Assembly: GCA_040954595.2 (NCBI GenBank)
Contig: CM082592.2
Location: 620,001 to 684,000 of the forward strand
DNA from: Balanoglossus misakiensis
Taxonomy: Eukaryota > Animalia > Hemichordata
Reading direction: 5' to 3'
Length of the DNA stretch: 64,000 nt
Shown piece after piece: positions 11,701 to 24,986 of this stretch. The number at the start of each line of letters is the position of its first letter. Position 1 is the stretch's first letter. The notes beneath the pieces were generated by a model. It was not told the DNA's origin, made no database searches, and saw only the letters and a list, made by a program, of their open reading frames with translations. A program made the position numbers and the translations under genes.

Positions 11701-14700
11701 GAACAAGTCGATTTTTCTACGGCCTGGCTCGGCTAAATCTTCGTCACAATATGACAGACACTATCGTACGTTAGCAACGGTGATCAAGTCAGATTTTCTA
11801 CGGCATGGCTTGGATAAAGCCCCGGCACTCTAGAGCAGAAACACGCGTACAGAGACCACGTTGATCAAGTCTGATCTCCTACGGCTTGGCTCGACTAAAA
11901 CCCCGGCACACTATGACAGACACTAGCGTTCGTTAGCAACGTTGATCAAGTCAGATTTCCTACGGCATGGCTTGGCTAAAGCCCTGGCACTCTAGAGCAG
12001 AAACACGCGTACAAAAACCACGTTGATCTACTCACATTTCCTTCGGCCTGGCACGGCTGATGCCCCGGCACTATATATAGGACACAGACTGGCGTAAGTT
12101 AACAACGGTAATCACGTCGGGTTTCCTACGGCCTGGCTCAGCTGAAGCCCCGGCGCTCTAGAGCAGAAACAGGCGTACATTGACCACGTTGATCAAGTCA
12201 GATTTCCTACGGCGTGACTCGGCTGGTGCACCGGCTCTATATGACACAGACTGGCGTAAGTTATCAACGGTGATTACGTCGGATTTCCTACGGCCTGGTT
12301 TAGCTGAAGCCCCGGCACTTTAGAGCGGAAACACGCGTACATTGACCACGATGATCAAGTCAGATCTCCTACGGCCTGGCTCGACTAAAACCCCGGCACA
12401 CCATGACAGACACTAGCGTTCGTTAGCAACGGTGATCAAGTCGGATTTCCTTCGGCCTGGCTCTGCAAAAGACCCGACACTCTAGTACAAAGACGTTGGC
12501 TAAGTCGGGCAAACCGAACAGGGAAAGTCACAGCGGGTCAACACTCGACATTTGTTCCGGTAGGACTGCATTATTGCCTGTCAATTTATAGAGAAAGCCC
12601 GAATTTAACCAGGGCGTTTCAAACACCGACGTTAGTTGGGGGCACGGCCTGCAGTACTGCCGGGTAAGCTGACATCAGCGTACCGCATATAATGTAGGGG
12701 GGGGGGGGAACAGAACGGTTAAATACTACATTTATCAGATATCAGCTAATTTTGGACAATCATCTAAAATGTAAATCATCTTTTCATATTTGGATATCTG
12801 ATGATGTATGACATTTCCATTATATGTAAAAATGGTGCTGATTATAAAAATGCACTCTGAATGAGCTGATTTAATGCAAAATTGCGTTTTATTCGTTTTT
12901 GCACCAAAAAGGTCATTTTTAGGCAAAACATTCTTTTTTTTTTAATTCGGTGACCTGATCATATATAAACAATTGCTTGTATGTTAAAAGTTTTTATGAC
13001 TTTTAAAAGCAGTGACACTGGCGGCATTCAACACGAAAATAACAATTTTAGCCACAATTTGGTCAAAATGGTAAATTTTTGAAAATTACAAAAAATACCT
13101 GTTTTCTACATTTTCGGAAATCTGATGGAGTATAGAATGCTCTTCGTATGTATATATCGATACAAATTCCACAAAAGACCGTCTAATTTGGCTCACTGCA
13201 GACAAAATTGCGTTTTACAAAATTTTCCTTGAAAATGTCATTTTTAGAAAAAAAAAAAAAAAAACCTTTTATCTTCGAATTTGGTGCCCTGATCATATAT
13301 GACATGTTGATTGTATGTTAAAACTTTCGACCACTCCAAAAATGCAGAGATATTGACGGAATTCAAGAAAAAATAGCCATTTTGGCCATATTTTGACAAA
13401 ATGGTACATTTTTAAACAATCATAAAAAATAAACTCTTTTCTTCATTTTCAGAAATATTATGACGCATGAAGTGTCGTTCTCTTGTAAAAGGTGCTGCAA
13501 ATTCCAGAAAATGTGGTATAATTTGAATCACCCAAGACAAAATTACCATTTTCGACTTGTTTTCGAAAAATTGTCTTTTTTACAAAATAAATAAGAATAA
13601 ATTCTTTTCTTAGTTTCAAACGGGTAGAGATACTTTTCACACGGGTTTTCTAACATTGAATTCCCGTTCATCAACTCAGATTTCCTACAGCATAAGTCGG
13701 CTAAAACCCTGACACTCTAGAGCAGAAACAGTTGCACACTGATAACGTTGAACAAGTCGATTTTTCTACGGCCTGGCACGGCTAAATCTCGTCACAATAT
13801 GACAGACACTAGCGTACGTTAGCAACGGTGATCAAGTCAGATTTTCAACGGCATGGGTTGGATAAAGCCCCGACACTCTAGAGCAGAAACACGCGTACAG
13901 AGACCACGTTGATCAAGTCTGATCTCCTACGGCTTGGCTCGACTAAAACCCCGGCACACTATGACAGACACTAGCGTTCGTTAGCAACGTTGATCAAGTC
14001 AGATTTCCTACGGCATGGCTTTGCTAAAGCCCTGACACTCTAGAGCAGAAACACGCGTACAGAGACCACGTTGATCTACTCACACTTCCTTCGGCCTGGC
14101 ACGGCTGATGCCCCGGCACTATATATAGGACACAGACTGGCGTAAGTTAACAACGGTAATCACGTCGGGTTTCCTACGGCCTGGCTCAGCTGAAGCCCCG
14201 GCTCTCTAGAGCAGAAACAGGCGTACATTGACCACGTTGATCAAGTCAGATTTCCTACGGCGTGACTCGGCTGGTGCACCGGCTCTATATGACACAGACT
14301 GGCGTAAGTTATCAACGGTGATTACGTCGGATTTCCTACGGCCTGGTTTAGCTGAAGCCCCGGCACTTTAGAGCGGAAACACGCGTACATTGACCACGAT
14401 GATCAAGTCAGATCTCCTACGGCCTGGCTCGACTAAAACCCCGGCACACCATGACAGACACTAGCGTTCGTTAGCAACGGTGATCAAGTCGGATTTCCTT
14501 CGGCCTGGCTCTGCAAAAGACCCGACACTCTAGTACAAAGACGTTGGCTAAGTCGGGCAAACCGAACAGGGGAAGTCACAGCGGGTCAACACTCGACATT
14601 TGTTCCGGTAGGACTGCATTATTGCCTGTCAATTTATAGAGAAAGCCCGAATTTAACCAGGGCGTTTCAAACACCGACGTTAGTTGGGGGCACGGCCTGC

Positions 14701-17700
14701 AGTACTGCCGGGTAAGCTGACATCGGCGTACCGCATATAATGTAGGGGGGGGGGGGAACAGAACGGTTCAATACTACATTTATTAGATATCAGCTAATTT
14801 TGGACAATCATCTAAAATCTAAATCATCTTTTCATATTTGGATATCTGATGATGTATGAAATTTCCAATATATGTAAAAATGGTGCTGATTATAAAAAAT
14901 GCACTCTGAATGAGCTGATTTAATACAAAATTGCGTTTTATTCGTTTTTGCACCAAAAAGGTCATTTTTAGGCAAAACATTCTTTATTTTTTTAATTCGG
15001 TGACCTGATCATATATAAGCAATTGCTTGCATGTTAAAAGTTTTTATGACTTTTAAAAGCAGTGACACTGGCGGCATTCAACACGAAAATAACAATTTTA
15101 ACCACAATTTGGTCAAAATGGTAAATTTTTGAAAATTACAAAAAATACCTGTTTTCTACATTTTCGGAAATCTGATGGAGTATAGAATGCTCTTCGTATA
15201 TATATATCGATACAAATTCCACAAAAGACCGTCTAATTTGGCTCACTGCAGACAAAATTGCGTTTTACCAAATTTTCCTTGAAAATGTCATTTTTAGAAA
15301 AATAAAATAAAAAAACCTTCGTTCTTCGAATTTGGTGCCCTGATCAAATATGATATGTTGATTGTATGTTAAAACTTTCGACCACTCCAAAAATGCAGAG
15401 ATATTGACGGAATTCAAGAAAAAATAGCCATTTTGGCCATATTTTGACAAAATGGTACATTTTTAAAAAATCATAAAAAATAAACTCTTTTCTTCATTTT
15501 CGGAAATATTATGGAGCATGAAGTGTCGGTCTCTTGTAAAAAGTGCTGCAAATTCCAGAAAATGTGGTATAATTTGAATCACCCAAGACAAAATTACCAT
15601 TTTCGACTTGTTTTCGAAAAATTGTCTTTTTTACAAAATAAATAAGAATAAATTCTTTTCTTAGTTTCAAACGGGTAGAGATACTTTCCACACGGGTTTT
15701 CTAACATTGAATTCCCGTTCATCAACTCAGATTTCCTACAGCATAAGTCGGCTAAAACCCTGACACTCTAGAGCAGAAACTGTTGCACACTGATAACGTT
15801 GAACAAGTCGATTTTTCTACGGCCTGGCACGGCTAAATCTCGTCACAATATGACAGACACTAGCGTACGTTAGCAACGGTGATCAAGTCAGATTTTCAAC
15901 GGCATGGGTTGGATAAAGCCCCGGCACTCTAGAGCAGAAACACGCGCACAGAGACCACGTTGATCAAGTCTGATCTCCTACGGCTTGGCTCGACTAAAAC
16001 CCCGGCACACTATGACAGACACTAGCGTTCGTTAGCAACGTTGATCAAGTCAGATTTCCTACGGCATGGCTTTGCTAAAGCCCTGACACTCTAGAGCAGA
16101 AACACGCGTACAGAGACCACGTTGATCTACTCACATTTCCTTCGGCCTGGCACGGCTGATGCCCCGGCACTATATATAGGACACAGACTGGCGTAAGTTA
16201 ACAACGGTAATCACGTCGGGTTTCCTACGGCCTGGCTCAGCTGAAGCCCCGGCACTCTAGAGCAGAAACAGGCGTACATTGACCACGTTGATCAAGTCAG
16301 ATTTCCTACGGCGTGACTCGGCTGGTGCACCGGCTCTATATGACACAGACTGGCGTAAGTTATCAACGGTGATTACGTCGGATTTCCTACGGCCTGGTTT
16401 AGCTGAAGCCCCGGCACTTTAGAGCGGAAACACGCGTACATTGACCACGATGATCAAGTCAGATCTCCTACGGCCTGGCTCGACTAAAACCCCGGCACAC
16501 CATGACAGACACTAGCGTTCGTTAGCAACGGTGATCAAGTCGGATTTCCTTCGGCCTGGCTCTGCAAAAGACCCGACACTCTAGTACAAAGACGTTGGCT
16601 AAGTCGGGCAAACCGAACAGGGAAAGTCACAGCGGGTCAACACTCGACATTTGTTCCGGTAGGACTGCTTTATTGCCTGTCAATTTATAGAGAAAGCCCG
16701 AATTTAACCAGGGCGTTTCAAACACCGACGTTAGTTGGGGGCACGGCCTGCAGTACTGCCGGGTAAGCTGACATCAGCGTACCGCATATAATGTAGGGGG
16801 GGGGAACAGAACGGTTAAATACTACATTTATCAGATATCAGCTAATTTTGGACAATCATCTAAAATGTAAATCATCTTTTCATATTTTGATATCTGATGA
16901 TGTATGAAATTTCCAATATATGTAAAAATGGTGCTGATTATAAAAAATGCACTCTGAATGAGCTGATTTAATACAAAATTGCGTTTTATTCGTTTTTGCA
17001 CCAAAAAGGTCATTTTTAGGCAAAACATTCTTTATTTTTTAATTCGGTGACCTGATCATATATAAGCAATTGCTTGCATGTTAAAAGTTTTTATGACTTT
17101 TAAAAGCAGTGACACTGGCGGCATTCAACACGAAAATAACAATTTTAACCACAATTTGGTCAAAATGGTAAATTTTTGAAAATTACAAAAAATACCTGTT
17201 TTCTACATTTTCGGAAATCTGATGGAGTATAGAATGCTCTTCGTATATATATATCGATACAAATTCCACAAAAGACCGTCTAATTTGGCTCACTGCAGAC
17301 AAAATTGCGTTTTACCAAATTTTCCTTGAAAATGTCATTTTTAGAAAAATAAAATAAAAAAACCTTCGTTCTTCGAATTTGGTGCCCTGATCATATATGA
17401 TATGTTGATTGTATGTTAAAACTTTCGACCACTCCAAAAATGCAGAGATATTGACGGAATTCAAGAAAAAATAGCCATTTTGGCCATATTTTGACAAAAT
17501 GGTACATTTTTAAACAATCATAAAAAATAAACTCTTTTCTTCATTTTCGGAAATATTATGGAGCATGAAGTGTCGTTCTCTTGTAAAAAGTGCTGCAAAT
17601 TCCAGAAAATGTGGTATAATTTGAATCACCCAAGACAAAATTACCATTTTCGACTTGTTTCCGAAAAATTGTCTTTTTTACAAAATAAATAAGAATAAAT

Positions 17701-18424
17701 TCTTTTCTTAGTTTCAAACGGGTAGAGATACTTTCCACACGGGTTTTCTAACATTGAATTCCCGTTCATCAACTCAGATTTCCTACAGCATAAGTCGGCT
17801 AAAACCCTGACACTCTAGAGCAGAAACAGTTGCACACTGGTAACGTTGAACAAGTCGATTTTTCTACGACCTGGCTCGGCTAAATCTCCGTCACAATATG
17901 ACAGACACTAGCGTACGTTAGCAACGGTGATCAAGTCAGATTTTCTACGGCATGGCTTGGATAAAGCCCCGGCACTCTAGAGCAAAAACACGCGTACAGA
18001 GACCACGTTGATCAATTCTGATCTCCTACGGCTTGGCTCGACTAAAACCCCGGCACACTATGACAGACACTAGCGTTCGTTAGCAACTTTGATCAAGTCA
18101 GATTTCCTACGGCATGGCTTAGCTAAAGCCCTGGCACTCTAGAGCAGAAACACGCGTACAGAGACCACGTTGATCTTCTCACATTTCCTTCGGCCTGGCA
18201 CGGCTGATGCCCCGGCACTATATATAGGACACAGACTGGCGTAAGTTAACAACGGTAATCACGGCGGGTTTCCTACGGCTTGGCTCAGCTGAAGCCCCGG
18301 CATTCTAGAGCAGAAACAGGCGTACATTGACCACGTTGATCAAGTCAGATTTCCTACGGCGTGACTCGGCTGGTGCACCGGCTCTATATGACACAGACTG
18401 GCGTAATTTTTTTTTTCTTTATCT

Positions 18425-18430
18425 TTTATT
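18425..18430 (-). promoter_or_regulatory. Polyadenylation signal of element A
   Basis: AATAAA on the minus strand, ~8 nt before the A-tail. Confidence 0.7.
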
Positions 18431-18459
18431 AAAAAAACTTTCAATGTTACATTAACATA

Positions 18460-21400
18460 TCAAAAAAAAAGAAACCAACCGAAAACTGACATCATAGATA
18501 TAATAGCTTCAAAAATTCTTGCACTTTCTGAATTATTGCATATTTCCTTGTATACCTTGTATCTCAATATGAATTCGTATTTTACCAGCACCATTAAAGG
18601 TGCTCTGGTTTCACTTAGCCAGTATTTATGTATACTCCATTTGCAAACTAAAATCAATAAATTTACAATATTTTCTTCAGATTTCGAAAGCATAACACTT
18701 CTAATGCAATTGAAAATTATATGAGCGCTTTGTAAAACAAAATCTTTACAAAAAAGTTGCCGAATTATGCGCTCGATTTTTGCCCAAAGTGATGTGGCTA
18801 TAGTACAACGCACGTACTTGTGCTCAAGAGACTCTGGTATCTTACAAAGTTCACAATCCACACTGCTGCTCTTATTCCAATAAAACAAATACTTATTACA
18901 TGGCAACAACCTGTGTAAAAGTTTCCATTGAAATTCCCGCAACTTTGTTTCCTTAGTTATTGCGTGTATGTTCTTCCAGACCGTTTCACTTTCTTTTGTA
19001 GTCTGGTTTGGTACCTCCAGTAATGTGTACCATTTGTTAAGTTTATCCACTTTTGGACTCCTTTGTGGAATGTTCGCATAAATGGCTTTACACGTAACGT
19101 TATTGATGGAAATCCAGTGTTTTCCATCCCAAATACCGTATTTACAATTTTTCAAGGATTTGTAGAAAAAGTGAAACTTGCTACACCATTTCAAAATTAC
19201 ATTTCTGTTTCCTTTGATGTTTTCACTTGCACTGTACCACGCATTTAAAACCTTGACGTAAAATTCAGGGATCGCAGACTCTAAAGCCTTTGGTAGTGAT
19301 TCCCAGAAAATGTTGTGCTGAATAAGATTACATGACTGAAGGTCATCCATTTGTAAATAATGCCATGGTATAGCAGACCAAGTGTTGCCTTTACACAAGA
19401 CCAGTCTCTTGACCCATACTGCATAAAGAGAATCAATTTGCTTGTCTAAGTTGACACATCTGATGCCACCTTTGTCATAATCACTCTGAAGTATTACATT
19501 GCTTATATTTCGTTTTCTTCTTATAAAACCATCAATTAGCTTTCGAACAACACACTTAATGCCTTCAGGTATTCCAATCACTGATGTCAAAAACAAAATC
19601 TGTGAAATTGCAAAAACCTTCGTAATCATCACTCTCCCATAAAACGTAAGCCTTCTCCTTTCCCACATTTGTAGCACCTTTTTCAGTTTATCAATCTTAG
19701 GCTCCCAGTTAAGTTTGTTACATTTCTCAGTGTCATAGCCAAAATAAACACCAAGCGTTTTGATGGGCTCATTTGTCCATTCAACATTTCCCATCTTCTT
19801 TTCACTATTTCTGTTTTTTCCAACCCACATTGCCTTCGTTTTCTTGTTGCTCATTTTTAAACCACCACACTGATGAAAATCATCCATAACTTTAAAAACA
19901 TTTTCTAATGACCGACCATCCCTTGTAAAAATAGTGGTGTCGTCGGCAAATAATGAAATCTTCGCTGTATTATTACTATATAAGGGGATCCCGTTGATCT
20001 CCCCGTGTTGTCTTATTTTACATGCAAGTACTTCGATCACAAGTAAAAACAATAAAGCCGAGAGGGAACATCCCTGTCGAACACCTCTATGTAATGAAAA
20101 GTATCCAGAGCACCATCCCTTATAAACAATACAACTAGAAATATTACTATATAAAACTTCAATCCAGCGTATAAAGCCTGGACCAAAATTCATCTTTTTA
20201 AGCACGCTATACAAAAATTTCCAATTTACACTGTCAAACGCTTTCTCATAATCTACAAAAAGGATCGCTCCTTCCAAACGCCGCTTTTTAGTGTAGTCTA
20301 GAACATCGGAGATCAGGCGAATGTTTTCTCCAATAAAACGGCCTTTCATATAGCCTGTCTGATCTCTATGGATAATTGTAGGTAAAACACATTTGAGTCT
20401 GTTTGATAATGCCTTAGTGGCAATTTTGTAGTCAATGTTTAAAAGCGACACAGGCCTCCAATTATTCAAGTCATTTTCATCTCCCTTTTTATACAACAAT
20501 GTAATAATACCTCTTTTTTGTGTAGCAGAAAGTTCCCCTGACGACCAGGCTTCATTGAGAGATGAAGTGACAAATGTTTTTATTTCTGACCAAAAGAAAA
20601 GAAAAAATTCGACCGAAAGTCCATCACATCCCGGAGACTTGTTAGCTGCCATGGTCTTCAAAGCGCGCAAACATTCCCTTTCCGTTAAATTACCTTCGCA
20701 CTGTTCACTTTGTAGAGCTGTTAGTCCTGGTAAACTGCTATTTTCCAAAAAATCGTCAATCGACTGATGGCAACATTTTCGCTGATAGATCGTCTCGTAG
20801 AATTCTCTTTGTTCCCGCAGAATCTCGTCCGTTTTTGTCACACACTTTCCACTTCTGGTCACCAGCTCCTTAATTTCCTTTTTTCCTGCATTTCGCTTTT
20901 CTAATGATAAAAATACTTGGTATTCCTTTCTCCCTTTTCCACCCACGCTGCACGCGATCTTATCTGCGCACCTTCAGCGAGTATGTTGTAAATATTCTCA
21001 AGGCGTTGTTGTGTTTCACTGTATTTCCGTATATTTTCATCTGATGGATTCACCAGCATATTTCTTTCATCCGCTTTTAGCTGTTGCTCAAGCTTCGGCA
21101 TTTCCTTATTGTGATCTTTTGTTCCATACCTTGTAAATTCCAATGCATATTCTTTAATTTCTTTCTTCATGATGTCCCATTTCATCCGATTATTTTCGAA
21201 TGTCTTCTCACCACACTCTCTGATTACAGATTTGACTACGTTGACAAAGCCTTCATTTTTTAAAAGCCTATTGTTCAGTTTCCATGTACCAGGCCCTCTA
21301 CAATCTGAAGCGGTCTGCAATTCCACGTAAACAGCCATATGATCTGTGTGTACAGCAGGACGAATATCCGATTTTTTGACATTCTTGACGAGGTGCTTTG

Positions 21401-22043
21401 AGATAAAAACATAATCTAATCGGCTATGAGTCGGTGATGGGGCCAATCTTCGCCAAGTAAACTGCCGTTGCCCAGGGTGGAAATTCCTCCAAACATCAAT
21501 AAGTTGAAACTGATTACAAAAACTACGTAAGACTCTTCTTGATCCATCATGTGATTGCCGTGATTTCACACTTGACGCTCTGTCCAAAGTGTCGTTGAGT
21601 GCACAATTGAAGTCGCCTGCTATAATAAGATTTTCGTAATAGCAGTGAGTGTCAACCAGGCCAGCTAGATCTTTCAAGAATTCCGTTCTTTGTTTCACGA
21701 GATTCGGGGCATAAACACTACAAATTGAAAGCTTAACACCTACAAGGCTACCGTTTATTATGCAAATTCTTCCGAAGTCGTCATTCCACACGGAATCAAT
21801 GGTGAGGTCACATCTGCGCTCAATCAATATTGCCGTTCCTCTGCTATAATTGTCACCTTTCGAGAAGAATACTTTCCCTCCCCATTCTTTCTCCCAAGTG
21901 TCAATGTCTGTTCCATTTCCATGCAACTCTTGTAAAATCGCGATACTCGTTTTTTGGAGTTTTAGCCAGCGATATATACAGTTCCTTTTCGTTTTGTCTT
22001 TGAAACCCCTGACATTCAGGGTAACTAACTTCAGCGCTGCCAT
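18460..22043 (-). pseudogene. Element A ORF2: APE endonuclease + reverse transcriptase + C-terminal zinc finger, split by one frameshift
   Basis: APE motifs TLNVRG, LQE, SVYAPN, GDFN, SRLDY, TDH. RT motifs WRPVSLLN, DYEKAFDSV, RQGCSLS, LFADD. C-terminal CELC...H...C. One base is missing from the A5 run at 20909-20913 (expected KYFLSLEK); this could be a real mutation or a homopolymer error. Confidence 0.93.
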
Positions 22044-22096
22044 CAGTAGCCTTTGATTCTGACTTGCTGCTGCTGCTTTCGTCTTCTTTTACGTTT

Positions 22097-23304
22097 TTAC
22101 GGGCCCAAGCCAAGCCAGGCTTGGGCCCGTATTGGTTTCGTTGGGGTTTTTTACGGGCCCAAGCCAAGCCAGGCTTGGGCCCGTATTGGTTTCGTTGGGG
22201 TTTTTCTTTCTTTCTTTATTCTTGGTTCATTTCTTTCGCGCTCTAGATCTCAGACACCGCTGCAGGTACAGTTCTCAAACTTGCTACAGTGGTCAACGTC
22301 AATGAGTAGATGTGCAGTGACTTGTGAATACTTAATTAGTCACGTGACATGGCGGCCATATTGGATTTTCTGAAAAAATGCAAATCTCAGATCTCAGAAA
22401 CTACAAGGCAGATCGACTTCAGATTTGGCGTGCTGGTAGTATACCCTCTGCCCATCATTTTTGTAATTGGATATTTTGCTGTCAATGTTGCAGTTTTTTT
22501 GCTACAGTTGTTTTTCTGAAATCTGGTCAAAATTTCAAAAATCTTCTTCTCCAGAACCGGCGATAACCGAGTCACGCCGTTTGGGGTATGTGGTCACCTA
22601 ACTGATGTCTATCATGTTTGCGAAGATCATTGTGATTGGTCGAAGATTATGGCGGCCATATTGGATTTTCGAAAAACCATAGTAAAACTTCAAAAATCTT
22701 CTTCTCCAGAACGGGCGATAACCGAGTCACAAGATTTGGTGTGTGTGGTCATTAAACAGATGTCTATCAAGTTTGCGAAGGGGAATGTGATTGGTCAAAG
22801 ATTATGGCGGCCATATTGGATTTTGTGAAAAACGATTAAAAAGTAAAAATTCCTTTTCTAGCCTAAACATTGATAGCACAGAAATTCTTTTTATGGATAT
22901 GAATCATCATATGACAAGAATAAGCTATAAATATTTTGGTAATTTTGGCAATGACCTTTGACCTACTTTTGACGAATCATTTTTCTGCATATCTAATTCC
23001 TGGCTAACCAATGGGGCTATAAGTTTGGTTTTTGATGTATGTGGATTTGTATGTGATCAAAAAATTTTGCTACTTTTCATGACCCCTTTGACCTCTGGTG
23101 AACTCATTAAATATGCGCATACCTAATTAATGATGAACCAATAGACCTAGAGGTTTTGTTTTTGTTATACATGGACCAGTATGGGGTCAAACTATTTTGC
23201 CCAAATGTTGGGTGACCTCGGGTGACCTTTGACCTACTTAACACTATATTAGCATCAGATCAGATAATAGAGCTTGGGCCCGGACAATGCTGCTTGCAGC
23301 TTTA

Positions 23305-23337
<33 letters not shown>

Positions 23338-24986
23338 TATTCTTGGTTCATTTCTTTCGCGCGCTAGATCTCAGACACCGCTGCAGGTACAGTTCTCAAA
23401 CTTGCTACAGTGGTCAAGGTCAATGAGTAGATGTGCAGTGACTTGTGAATACTTAATTAGTCACGTGACATGGCGGCCATATTGGATTTTCTGAAAAAAT
23501 GCAAATCTCAGATCTCAGAAACTACAAGTTAGATCGACTTCAGATTTGGTGTGCTGGTAGTATACCCTCTGCCCATCATTTTTGTAATTGGATATTTTGC
23601 TGTCAATGTTGCAGTTTTTTTGCTACAGTTGTTTTTCTGAAATCTGGTCAAAATTTCAAAAATCTTCTTCTCCAGAACCGGCAATAACCGAGTCACGCCG
23701 TTTGGGGTATGTGGTCACCTAACTGATGTCTATCAAGTTTGCGAAGATCATTGTGATTGGTCGAAGATTATGGCGGCCATATTGGATTTTCGAAAAACCA
23801 TAGTAAAACTTCAAAAATCTTCTTCTCCAGAACGGGCGATGACTGAGTCACAAGATTTGGTGTGTGTGGTCATTAAACAGATGTCTATCAAGTTTGCGAA
23901 GGGGAATGTGATTGGTCGAAGATTATGGCGGCCATATTGGATTTTGTGAAAAACGATTAAAAAGTAAAAATTCCTTTTCTAGCCTAAACATTGATAGCAC
24001 AGAAATTCTTTTTATGGATATGAATCATCATATGACAAGAATAAGCTATAAATATTTTGGTAATTTTGGCAATGACCTTTGACCTACTTTTGACAAATCA
24101 TTTTTCTGCATATCTAATTCATGGCTAACCAATGGGGCTATAAGTTTGGTTTTTGATGTATGTGGATTTGTATGTGATCAAAAAATTTTGCTACTTTTCA
24201 TGACCCTTTGACCTCTGGTGACCTCATTAAATATGCGCATACCTAATTAATGATGAACCAATAGACCTAGAGGTTTTGTTTTTGTTATACATGGACCAGT
24301 ATGGGGTCAAAATATTTTGCCCAAATGTTGGGTGACCTCGGGTGACCTTTGACCTACTTTTGCATATCTTGACATCCACACCAGATACAGCCTTGGCGTT
24401 TGGAGGTATGGGGCCATAATGAAAAGCCAAAGTTTTGAGTCACCTGTGACACCTGCTTTACTCATTATTTATGTGCATACCTAATTCCGGGCTAACCAAA
24501 AGGGCTAGATGTCTGGTTTTTGTTTGACATGGACCACTATGGGTCAAAATTTTCTGCCCAAATTTTGGATGACCTCAGATGACCTTTGACCTACTTTTGC
24601 ATATATCGGCATCCAAAGCAGGTACAGCCTTGGCATTTGGAGGTATGGGGCCATAATGAAAAGCCAAAGTTTTGGGTCACCTGTGACACCTGCTTTATGC
24701 ATTATTTATGTGCATACCTAATTCCGGGCTAACCAAAAGGGCTAGAGGTCTGGTTTTTGTTGGACATGGACCACTGTTGGTCAAAATTGTCTGCCCAAAT
24801 TGTGGGTGACCTCTGGGTGACCTTTGACCTACTTAACACTATATCAACAACAAACATAGATATAACCTTGATATTTCATGGGGATAAAACACAGCATTAT
24901 GTTTCAACTCATTAATTATGTGCATATCTAATAATCAGATCAGATAATAGAGCTTGGGCCCGGACAATGCTGCTTGCAGCTTTAAT
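22097..24986 (+). mobile_element. Helentron-associated non-autonomous element (HINE / DINE-1-like), outer copy
   Basis: 5' subTIR with its inverted copy (ACGGGCCCAAGC...GCTTGGGCCCGT), a (CTTT)n microsatellite, and internal tandem repeats (~155 bp TGGCGGCCATATTGGATTT type; ~240 bp GACCTTTGACCT type). 3' subTIR GCTTGGGCCCG plus terminal palindrome GCTGCTTGCAGC. Inserted in a T-run with no TSD. Confidence 0.82.
22152..23306 (+). mobile_element. Second, shorter copy of the same HINE nested inside the first
   Basis: Complete head (22152-22200), body and tail (AGAGCTTGGGCCCGGACAATGCTGCTTGCAGCTTTAAT, ending 23306). It sits between the outer copy's GGGGTTTTT and its CTTT microsatellite. Confidence 0.82.

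Noticed and set aside
22200-24360. ~1.1-kb direct repeat read as LTRs or as part of the Tx1 inter-ORF region
   Set aside because: No TG...CA ends, PBS or PPT. It is fully explained by one HINE nested in another, and removal restores ORF1.
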